Below are positions 55,567 to 62,159 of a stretch of 64,000 nt of DNA, piece by piece; within the stretch, counting starts at the first letter, position 1, and every line of letters begins with the position of its first letter. This DNA comes from a virus. The notes below the pieces were generated by a model. That model did not search any database. It had not been told where the DNA came from and saw only the letters and a program-made list of their open reading frames with translations. The DNA is taken from IMG/VR virus record IMGVR_UViG_3300009183_000002, positions 1 through 64,000 of that record; one strand, 5' to 3'. A program made the translations under genes and the position numbers.

Positions 55567-55851
55567 ATGGCTATCAACGGTGATCTTGACCTTAGTAAAG
55601 GTTGGATCAAACATGCCAATGTTCCAGGGGGTTACTTCCTGGAATATACGGACGACGTTGTGTATCTCACTATCGTCACAGGCCCTCCAGGTTCTGGACT
55701 GATGGGCATTATTGCCCCAGGAGTAGAGACTACATACGAGGCCTGGCTTCCTGGTTTAGCCAACCCAACAGGTCATCTAACTCTCCAGGAGATACGTGGC
55801 GTCATTCGTTACCTTCATGAGAAGGCAATAGAAGATGCTATGTATGACTGA
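55567..55851 (+). CDS. small early protein
   Basis: MAINGDLDLSKGW...TYEAW...PTGHLTLQEI. Confidence 0.7.
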   Translation: MAINGDLDLSKGWIKHANVPGGYFLEYTDDVVYLTIVTGPPGSGLMGIIAPGVETTYEAWLPGLANPTGHLTLQEIRGVIRYLHEKAIEDAMYD

Positions 55852-55939
55852 GCTGTAGTACTGCACTACAAGGTGTAGGGCTAGGTGCAACTCCTAGCCT
55901 CAGTAATTGCCACACACTGAGTGTGGCTTAACTTAACTC

Positions 55940-56140
55940 ATGTCACTTATCAAGAACGCATACGTATGTGTTGTGAATGGTGAACCAGAACTGTTCCAGA
56001 CGCAACAACAAGCAGAAGATCATGCCATGGAACTTAGCTTCGCATGGTATGACGCACAGCTTGATGTTCCGGCTCCACGACTGGCAGTCATGTCAGTTAC
56101 CAACTGGTTACAGCTTCAATCACAACTAGTTCTTGTCTAA
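55940..56140 (+). CDS. small early protein
   Basis: 66-aa ORF after repeat 5. Confidence 0.65.
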   Translation: MSLIKNAYVCVVNGEPELFQTQQQAEDHAMELSFAWYDAQLDVPAPRLAVMSVTNWLQLQSQLVLV

Positions 56141-56165
56141 CATTTATTAATTTCAATTCAAACCA

Positions 56166-56390
56166 ATGCAAATCTATCAACCCTGCATCGATTCACATGA
56201 CAGAGTTATCTGGAATGGCGGTGATTCTACTCAACTCCATTTCCAATTTGACGATGGTCACTTTGGTGAAACAGAATGGATCGATGAGTACACACGTACT
56301 TTTATGGAATTCCCTACCAGCATGAGTGCCCTTCACGCAGCAATGGTTGACTTGTACAACTATTGTTCTGCTGGTCTACATAACTTCTAA
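56166..56390 (+). CDS. small early protein
   Basis: 74-aa ORF. Confidence 0.65.
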   Translation: MQIYQPCIDSHDRVIWNGGDSTQLHFQFDDGHFGETEWIDEYTRTFMEFPTSMSALHAAMVDLYNYCSAGLHNF

Positions 56391-56477
56391 TTTGATTCAA
56401 ATTTGATGTTTGCCCAGAGGGTTTCGGCCCTTTCTGCAGACTTCATGTCTGCTATCAACTCAACCTAGTTCAATACC

Positions 56478-56735
56478 ATGAACGTTGCACAAGTTGAACA
56501 TCTTCTAATCCACGATGCCCGGCTATTGGCTCGTCGAGACTCCAATGCCCATCTACCTTGTATCGATTGGAACATCGAAGAGAAGCGTCAAGCTGCTCTC
56601 GAATTGTTCTATGAGTTCCAAGATGGCATGGCTAAGTTCGAAGACCTGCTGCCAATCTGTGCCATACTTCAGAAGAAGGTTGACATCAACCGACTAGCAC
56701 TGAAGTGGGAACAGGAGTACGGCATCGAAGACTAA
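56478..56735 (+). CDS. small early protein
   Basis: 85-aa ORF flanked by family-2 repeats. Confidence 0.7.
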   Translation: MNVAQVEHLLIHDARLLARRDSNAHLPCIDWNIEEKRQAALELFYEFQDGMAKFEDLLPICAILQKKVDINRLALKWEQEYGIED

Positions 56736-56832
56736 CTGATGTTTGCCCAGAGGACTCCGGTCCTCTCTGCAGACTTCATTGTCTGCCGTAGATACATATG
56801 TACTACGCCACTAACTCAACTCAGTGTTAACC

Positions 56833-57186
56833 ATGCTTAAAGTCAACGGCACCGGTAAGATTATCCACACTCGTCTCGCCACCTTTGACGACAAAGAGTG
56901 GCTGGAAGTTACTATCGCCTACGAAGATGCCAAGCAAAACAAGCTGCGGGTGGTAGTCACCAATAGCAATGGCTTGCTCTCTGCTGTAAAAGCAGGTGAA
57001 GACCTAGTCAATACCTGGGTCGTCTTCCATGGCGACTTAGCTATCAACCGCGTCCGCTCCCACTACACAGAAGACGGTGTTCATAAAACACTCAAGTGTC
57101 CAGAAATCCGTCTTAACTACGCTTATTTAGAGCGTATGCCAATGAGCAAAACTGTAACATCAGTTGAACAAACTGCAGTTGCTTGA
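56833..57186 (+). CDS. possible OB-fold/SSB-like protein
   Basis: Beta-rich; VVVTNSNGLL...VVFHGDL; fold call is tentative. Confidence 0.55.
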   Translation: MLKVNGTGKIIHTRLATFDDKEWLEVTIAYEDAKQNKLRVVVTNSNGLLSAVKAGEDLVNTWVVFHGDLAINRVRSHYTEDGVHKTLKCPEIRLNYAYLERMPMSKTVTSVEQTAVA

Positions 57187-57289
57187 CGCCTACACTTAAC
57201 CCTTCCCTATGATACGGCATCGTATCGCTCGGTAGGTTTTCTGTAGGCCTCACACCTGAGGTCTACATCAACACTACTAACCTGCCTAC

Positions 57290-57502
57290 GTGAAACACAT
57301 TATCAAACTAGACAAAGGCAAGTACATCCAACTTGATTCTTATGGTGAGCAAACTACTCATCCATTAGAACCATTCATCGTTGGATTCTTTGTCACTGCT
57401 ATCGCCGCAATCACTGTTGGTGCAGTACTTGGTACTGATGTAACCAAGCTTATCCAAATGCCCAACCACTCAACTCAACCAACTCAACCCCTCAAGCCAT
57501 GA
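57290..57502 (+). CDS. small membrane protein
   Basis: MKHIIKLDKGKYIQLDSYG followed by a TM helix. Confidence 0.65.
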   Translation: MKHIIKLDKGKYIQLDSYGEQTTHPLEPFIVGFFVTAIAAITVGAVLGTDVTKLIQMPNHSTQPTQPLKP

Positions 57503-57696
57503 CTAACCTTTCCCCCGCCGCGCAGGCTGTGTTGGATGCCTTCAGTGAACGCTACGAGCTTTGCGGCCCGTTCGATGGCAACTGGCAGGAGCTGTGCCTC
57601 GCCGCCGCCCTTCGCGCTGCTGCGCCAATGATGGAGTGTGTGCAAGATCACCTAAAACTCCTCGCCATCGCCGCCGAACTGGAGGCACAGCCGTGA
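57499..57696 (+). CDS. LSPAAQAVLDA-family small protein, copy 1
   Basis: LSPAAQAVLDA...AAALRA...LLAIAAELEAQP. Confidence 0.75.
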   Translation: MTNLSPAAQAVLDAFSERYELCGPFDGNWQELCLAAALRAAAPMMECVQDHLKLLAIAAELEAQP

Positions 57697-57938
57697 CTGA
57701 CCAATTTCCTGACGCCACGAAAATGGTCCTTTCCCCCGCCGCGCAGGCTGTGTTGGATGCCGCAATGACCACTCCCATAGTTCTTGGTTGCTACACAGCA
57801 ACTCGCAGTCATCAAATTGCCGCCGCCCTTCGCGCTGTTGCAGATCAGGTTGAGCCTGAGGGTGGCACACCTGCTGAGGTGCAGCAAGTGCTTGACAAAC
57901 TTCTTACTATTGCCGCCGAACTAGAGGCACAACCATGA
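57693..57938 (+). CDS. LSPAAQAVLDA-family small protein, copy 2
   Basis: GTGA-coupled; same three conserved blocks. Confidence 0.72.
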   Translation: MTDQFPDATKMVLSPAAQAVLDAAMTTPIVLGCYTATRSHQIAAALRAVADQVEPEGGTPAEVQQVLDKLLTIAAELEAQP

Positions 57939-58183
57939 CTCATTACGTAGCACTTGTCACGGACCTAACCGGTCGCTATGCTAACGTCCTGGTCCAGGCC
58001 AACACCTGGGACCAAGCCATTGACCAGCTCGAAGATGCTGGCTGTGAAGTAATCGAAGATCAATCTGAAGATTACGAAGAGTATGGCATTGGGCTACTCC
58101 CACAACTTGAAGAACTCAAGGGTGTGGACGTCATCCCCATCAATGAGCTAACTACTCATTCAGACTTTGTTGTACACAACTAA
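57935..58183 (+). CDS. acidic small early protein
   Basis: ATGA-coupled; D/E-rich. Confidence 0.7.
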   Translation: MTHYVALVTDLTGRYANVLVQANTWDQAIDQLEDAGCEVIEDQSEDYEEYGIGLLPQLEELKGVDVIPINELTTHSDFVVHN

Positions 58184-58188
58184 TCACA

Positions 58189-58361
58189 TGATGCTTACTG
58201 ATCAACTCGATTTCAACAACCCCGATCATGTCACAGTTTGCTGTAAGAATGATCGACTAACTATCTACATCAGCAACAATAAGTCTTCTGTGCGTTTAAC
58301 TTACGCACTACAAACAGAAGATAGTTGCTCACCCCCACCACCCCCACTGCAGCAGTCGTAA
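58189..58361 (+). CDS. small hypothetical protein
   Basis: MMLTDQLDFNNPDHVTV...; start approximate. Confidence 0.45.
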
Positions 58362-58416
58362 CCACATCAATGGTTTAAGAGTGCCAGGGGGGGGATCTAA
58401 AATCTAATAGTTGAAT

Positions 58417-58443
58417 GGACCTGAGTACGTCCTTAAACTACTC
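58417..58443 (+). ncRNA. family-3 H-type pseudoknot leader
   Basis: GGAC-CTGAGTAC-GTCC-TTAAAC-TACTC; covaries with copies at 62165 and 62615. Confidence 0.65.
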
Positions 58444-58499
58444 GGATTCCTGATAACTGACAGTTATCGGGATTCCAACTATCCCATTGCAACTCAACA

Positions 58500-58646
58500 T
58501 TGACTTACTCACAACCAGAACTTGATCAACTCCAGGACCAAGCCGTTGCTGACTACGTAGACGCAATGGCGGACCTGGCCTACGAAATGGCTAATGCATT
58601 ACGCGAACAATACGAGCCTGACTACTATGAAGACGCAGCAATCTAA
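58500..58646 (+). CDS. 48-aa acidic protein
   Basis: TTG start; MTYSQPELDQLQDQAVADYVDAMADLAYEM...YEPDYYEDAAI*. Confidence 0.55.
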   Translation: MTYSQPELDQLQDQAVADYVDAMADLAYEMANALREQYEPDYYEDAAI

Positions 58647-59067
58647 CTATGACACCGTCACATTAATTGTGGCGGGTGTCTACATCCTATTCACCTTACT
58701 CATCCAAGCAATCACATGGCTCTTACAACGGAACAACAACTCATTGCCTACGCAGTTGGCTACGAACCCCTCACTGGTGACGAAGCTGAACTCCAGTTCG
58801 AACCAGAAGTTAACTACGATCCAAACGAAGGAGGTATCCCCAAGCCCGGTAGTATCTACCGAAACAAGCGTGGAACCTATCGCTACTACTGGGTACCAAG
58901 CGGAGGTAACTACAGTCGTGAAGAACGTAAAGACCTCGAAGGTTGGTACGACATCCCGTGCCTCGAAGACCTCGAAGAGTGGACCTTCGACTCAGTCTGC
59001 TTCACGCCAGGTGAAGACGAGGTCGAACCAGACCATCCAGACAGCTGGATTAGGCTTCTCTACCTAA
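58627..59067 (+). CDS. TM helix + Ser/Thr-rich protein overprinted on the 58716 gene
   Basis: TVTLIVAGVYILFTLLIQAITWLL helix occupies the otherwise empty 58647-58715 gap. Confidence 0.45.
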   Translation: MKTQQSNYDTVTLIVAGVYILFTLLIQAITWLLQRNNNSLPTQLATNPSLVTKLNSSSNQKLTTIQTKEVSPSPVVSTETSVEPIATTGYQAEVTTVVKNVKTSKVGTTSRASKTSKSGPSTQSASRQVKTRSNQTIQTAGLGFST

Positions 59068-59072
59068 TCTAA
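58716..59072 (+). CDS. hypothetical early protein
   Basis: IPCLEDLEEWTFDSVCFTPGEDEVEPDHPDSWIRLL. Confidence 0.7.
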   Translation: MALTTEQQLIAYAVGYEPLTGDEAELQFEPEVNYDPNEGGIPKPGSIYRNKRGTYRYYWVPSGGNYSREERKDLEGWYDIPCLEDLEEWTFDSVCFTPGEDEVEPDHPDSWIRLLYLI

Positions 59073-59527
59073 CGACGCATCATCCGTTGACGCATTGCTG
59101 CAGCAGCAGGATCTAATGTGTCGTAACCACCTCCAGTGGACGCAGGAAATGCCATGTCAGTTCCAAGGCTAGTGACTGCAGCCGCACCTAAGGTAGGCAA
59201 CGAGCCTACTGCACCTGCTGTTGCTAGCCCCGGAGCTGCATAACGCATTCCTTTAGATATCACATTACCTACTGCGTTACCTACTGCATCAATGCCTCTA
59301 CTCCCTGCATAATCAAGTATTAATCCAGCTATTCCACTTTTATTTGCATTAGATGCATTCACTGCTGTGTTCAAAGAATTACCTCGACCAAACATCTTGT
59401 TCAACTGCAAAGCAGATAAACTTTCAAGTGGTTGCCCAGGTAATCTTGATGCATCAAACTCAGCTCCTTCATTAAAAGCTCCAGGATTATTGTTAAATAT
59501 TCCTGCAAACTTACCAGCTAACTCCAT
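59069..59527 (-). CDS. Ala/Gly-rich protein antisense to the early cluster
   Basis: 152-aa ORF with AAAGGA SD; composition like the virion-block proteins. Confidence 0.65.
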   Translation of the reverse strand: MELAGKFAGIFNNNPGAFNEGAEFDASRLPGQPLESLSALQLNKMFGRGNSLNTAVNASNANKSGIAGLILDYAGSRGIDAVGNAVGNVISKGMRYAAPGLATAGAVGSLPTLGAAAVTSLGTDMAFPASTGGGYDTLDPAAAAMRQRMMRR

Positions 59528-59679
59528 TGATCCTTTACTGTTACACCTAGTTTAACTCAGGGGTATTGACAGATAACTACTGTCCACCCCCTGCACCCCC
59601 GTCAAGAGTACCAGGAATACCTTTAATCTCTTAAGGTACTTCCTTCTAACTATCCCCTATCCCCTCACTAACTAATCTC

Positions 59680-59931
59680 ATGACAGTAGCAGACTATCCT
59701 GATGACATCAATGATTACTACAAAGCTAAAGCTAGAGACTTACCTACACGTAACCGTACTACTGTCGATGATCTAATGGATGCATTGGACTATACAGTAA
59801 TCGATGCACTGCACCATGGTGGTTCCAATGATGCAATCGAGGAAGCATTCGATGCAGTAATCAATCATCCAGACAGTACCTGGTCAAGGGATGTCCTTAG
59901 CTATCGCATACGCCAAGTCCATTACAAGTAA
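59680..59931 (+). CDS. small early protein
   Basis: 83-aa ORF with A/C-rich leader. Confidence 0.7.
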   Translation: MTVADYPDDINDYYKAKARDLPTRNRTTVDDLMDALDYTVIDALHHGGSNDAIEEAFDAVINHPDSTWSRDVLSYRIRQVHYK

Positions 59932-59963
59932 CCGAGCAAGTACCGCGCATGCACCGAGCATGT
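59931..59963. repeat. three tandem 11-bp repeats
   Basis: ACCGAGCAAGT ACCGCGCATGC ACCGAGCATGT. Confidence 0.7.
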
Positions 59964-59992
59964 ACTCATACGGCAAGGTTAAGAATAAGTTA

Positions 59993-60245
59993 ATGATGTA
60001 TTGGCTGTTTTGTGTACTCAACTAATACATCAGTCATACCAAGGGGTTAGACCATTTTGTTGACATCAACAAGATGGTTAAGCATGGAGTTGGTTCGCAT
60101 TAGAACCTAAGTTTGGTGCGGCCAGACACTCCATGCATTTCCATTGGCCTGAACAATGGAACCCCTAACGAAACAACCAGTGGCCACTGGGTCTTGCAAG
60201 ACTCAGTCATCGTAACACTTGTTACGTGCCCATGGCCAAGGGTTG
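59993..60245 (+). ncRNA. putative multi-branched structured RNA
   Basis: Nested stems GGGGTT/AACCCC, ACCATTTTGTTGA/TCAACAAGATGGT, GCATGGAGT/ACTCCATGC, TCCATTG/CAATGGA, CAACC/GGTTG, CTGGGTCT/AGACTCAG, CGTAAC/GTTACG. Confidence 0.6.
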
Positions 60246-60251
60246 ACAGCC

Positions 60252-60503
60252 ATGATAGATTACACACTCACTCAACTGAAACTCATGTCCCTAATCAACG
60301 ACGCACCCAAGCCACGCATCCCTGATGCAGTAGATCGCCAACGCCTTGAAGCTATGCAACTTGTTGCGCGGATGAAAGAATCTGCAGATAAGTTTGGTGT
60401 TGGATTCGTCGGTGGCTTTATTAGTCCCGACGGACAAAAGTTTATGATGACCAACATGGACGAAGCTGATACTCAGGCACTACTGCCAGAGGATCTCAAA
60501 TGA
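60252..60503 (+). CDS. hypothetical protein (start may be 60285)
   Basis: RQRLEAMQLVARMKESADKFGVGFVGGFISPDGQKFMMTNM. Confidence 0.7.
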   Translation: MIDYTLTQLKLMSLINDAPKPRIPDAVDRQRLEAMQLVARMKESADKFGVGFVGGFISPDGQKFMMTNMDEADTQALLPEDLK

Positions 60504-60805
60504 ACGACGAGATTGATTACATTCTCGAGACGTTTAACTTTGAACGTGTCCATGTAGCAATGACTGCTCTCGATTGGTGGTGGACTGATCCACATGAAGT
60601 ACCAACAATTGCACGTCTTAAGAAACGTGCACAAATATTGTTAGAGGTTGCATACAAAGAGCACATTACTATTGCTACCGGTGGACTACAAGCTATGTAC
60701 TATCCACCGATCAAAGACTCAGATCTATTAGTAGACTCTGGTCCAATCCTTTCATTAAGCTTTGTGTTAACTGAAACCAACTCTGAGGATTACAACGATG
60801 ACTAA
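60500..60805 (+). CDS. conserved phage protein (FNFERVH...ALDWWW motif)
   Basis: IDYILETFNFERVHVAMTALDWWW...VPTIARLK...ATGGL. Confidence 0.75.
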   Translation: MNDEIDYILETFNFERVHVAMTALDWWWTDPHEVPTIARLKKRAQILLEVAYKEHITIATGGLQAMYYPPIKDSDLLVDSGPILSLSFVLTETNSEDYNDD

Positions 60806-61139
60806 CCAACACCCAATCACCCCACCGCCTGAGCTGATGCAGCAGTGGCGCCATAGTTGGCTTCCCAGTCATGGTGAGTTTGTTGAATACGTTGCCACCC
60901 AAGCCGCCCGCTGGGGCGCCGACCATGAGCTTGAGGCGTGTTGTGAGTACATGCAGCACGAAGACTTCCACGGCTTTGCCACCGAACTCCGCGCCGCCCG
61001 CCGCCCCAAACCTCCGACGCTGAAGAAGCAGGCGCTGACTGCAATGCTTCACTTGCAAAAGGCTGCAGAAACTAATATGGATACCATTGAAGCTGTGCAC
61101 ATTATCTGCCGCGCACTGGAAGCATTACCAAATGACTGA
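60798..61139 (+). CDS. GADxELEACC-family protein, copy 1
   Basis: WGADHELEACC...ELRAARRPKPPTLKKQAL...ICRALEALPND. Confidence 0.75.
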   Translation: MTNQHPITPPPELMQQWRHSWLPSHGEFVEYVATQAARWGADHELEACCEYMQHEDFHGFATELRAARRPKPPTLKKQALTAMLHLQKAAETNMDTIEAVHIICRALEALPND

Positions 61140-61497
61140 CCTTATCCCGACCCCAAATCAACTCCAGTATTGGATAGATAAAATCTGCTACCCCCACGAA
61201 CAAGGAGTTGGTCCTTCACTCAAGGACAAAGAGTTGGCAGCTTTAGCATTCAAAGCTGGCGCCGACCAGGAGCTGGAGGCGTGTTGCCAATACATAAATG
61301 AAGCTAGGTGGTTTGGTAATCCAACTCATCGCAAAGACCCATTGGTTGAACTTCGCGCCGTTCGCCGCCCCAAGCCGCCGAGTTTGAAGGAGCAGGCGTT
61401 GGCATTGGTGAGCCATGACTTCTCAGATCAACCGTGTCTTAGTGAGGAGGGTTACGCCCTTATCCGCCGCGCACTGGAGGCATTGCCCAATGACTAA
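61132..61497 (+). CDS. GADxELEACC-family protein, copy 2
   Basis: AGADQELEACC...ELRAVRRPKPPSLKEQAL...IRRALEALPND. Confidence 0.75.
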   Translation: MTDLIPTPNQLQYWIDKICYPHEQGVGPSLKDKELAALAFKAGADQELEACCQYINEARWFGNPTHRKDPLVELRAVRRPKPPSLKEQALALVSHDFSDQPCLSEEGYALIRRALEALPND

Positions 61498-61687
61498 GAA
61501 ATCTGTAATCAATTTTGATCAAACCATTGCCGGAATTAACATTTCTGAGCATGGAATACGATCTTTTAGCAAATCATTTAAACTTGGACCGTTTCAACTC
61601 ACGTTGAACGCCCGTAACTCTGGTGTCCGTGGATCGATCTCGATCCCTGGCACAGGGTTGTCCAAGCGCAACCTGAAACTTCTCTGA
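61490..61687 (+). CDS. DUF4236-like protein
   Basis: SKSFKLGPFQLTLN...SISIPGTGLS. Confidence 0.65.
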   Translation: MTKKSVINFDQTIAGINISEHGIRSFSKSFKLGPFQLTLNARNSGVRGSISIPGTGLSKRNLKLL

Positions 61688-61697
61688 TCTAACTCAC

Positions 61698-61895
61698 ATG
61701 ACATCAACTCAACTCCACGCCATGATCACACTGATGGATCAATACGGAGGCTCATTTGTATCCGCACTTGCACAAGCATTACGCTATGCAGATCCAACTA
61801 ATCGTCAACGTTTGCTTGATGCATTCCCTGATATCGTTGCCAAGTATGGTCCTGGTACCAGGTTTGCACAAGTCAAACAACCTATCGAGGTCTAA
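61698..61895 (+). CDS. small conserved phage protein
   Basis: YGGSFVSALAQALRYADPTNRQRLLDAFP. Confidence 0.75.
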   Translation: MTSTQLHAMITLMDQYGGSFVSALAQALRYADPTNRQRLLDAFPDIVAKYGPGTRFAQVKQPIEV

Positions 61896-61898
61896 CGC

Positions 61899-62159
61899 AT
61901 GTCAGTCCTAGCTATCCACAGATTACAAATTACAGATGACTATTGCACAGTTGAAGCACTGGTTGAAAACAGTATCCTTGTTTATCCACCATCAAACATC
62001 AGCCCTGCTGAGTTTGATCATGGAGTATGTGAAGCAAGGTTTATTGTGGATACAGAGGAATCAATTCCTGTGGATGAAGATGACTTCTGTAGCTATCTTG
62101 ATTCACTCAATCTGGATTGGCGACTGGTCGAAGTTGACAACTCCGATCTAGACGTGTAA
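61899..62159 (+). CDS. acidic small protein
   Basis: 86 aa, strongly D/E-rich. Confidence 0.7.
   Translation: MSVLAIHRLQITDDYCTVEALVENSILVYPPSNISPAEFDHGVCEARFIVDTEESIPVDEDDFCSYLDSLNLDWRLVEVDNSDLDV

Larger units (their letters stand above)
54710..55930 (+). repeat. family-1 intergenic structured repeats (5 copies: 54710-54780, 54955-55020, 55258-55320, 55481-55552, 55868-55930)
   Basis: 7-nt-loop hairpin + (A/T)ATTRCC linker + pseudoknot or GCCACAC/GTGTGGC hairpin, with compensatory changes. Confidence 0.8.
56404..57267 (+). repeat. family-2 intergenic structured repeats (56404-56452, 56737-56786, divergent 57188-57267)
   Basis: TGATGTTTGCCCAGAGG...TCTGCAGACTTCAT(T)GTCTGC; hairpin + TCTG(C/T)AG + hairpin. 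Confidence 0.75.

Noticed and set aside
54710-55930. tRNA genes suggested by GGGATCGAATCCC / GGTGCAAACCC loops
   Set aside because: Only a T-arm-like hairpin is present; there is no D arm, anticodon arm or 7-bp acceptor stem with CCA.
56736-56790. Hammerhead ribozyme (CTGATG...)
   Set aside because: Core reads CUGAUGU rather than CUGAUGA, and no GAAA element is present.
60110-60125. wcaG RNA suggested by TTTGGTGCGG
   Set aside because: Only this short word matches my recollection of the motif; the second UGGYG repeat and the remaining architecture are absent.
57499-61497. Diversity-generating retroelement TR/VR pairs
   Set aside because: Differences are whole unrelated segments rather than adenine-specific substitutions, and no reverse transcriptase is in the window.
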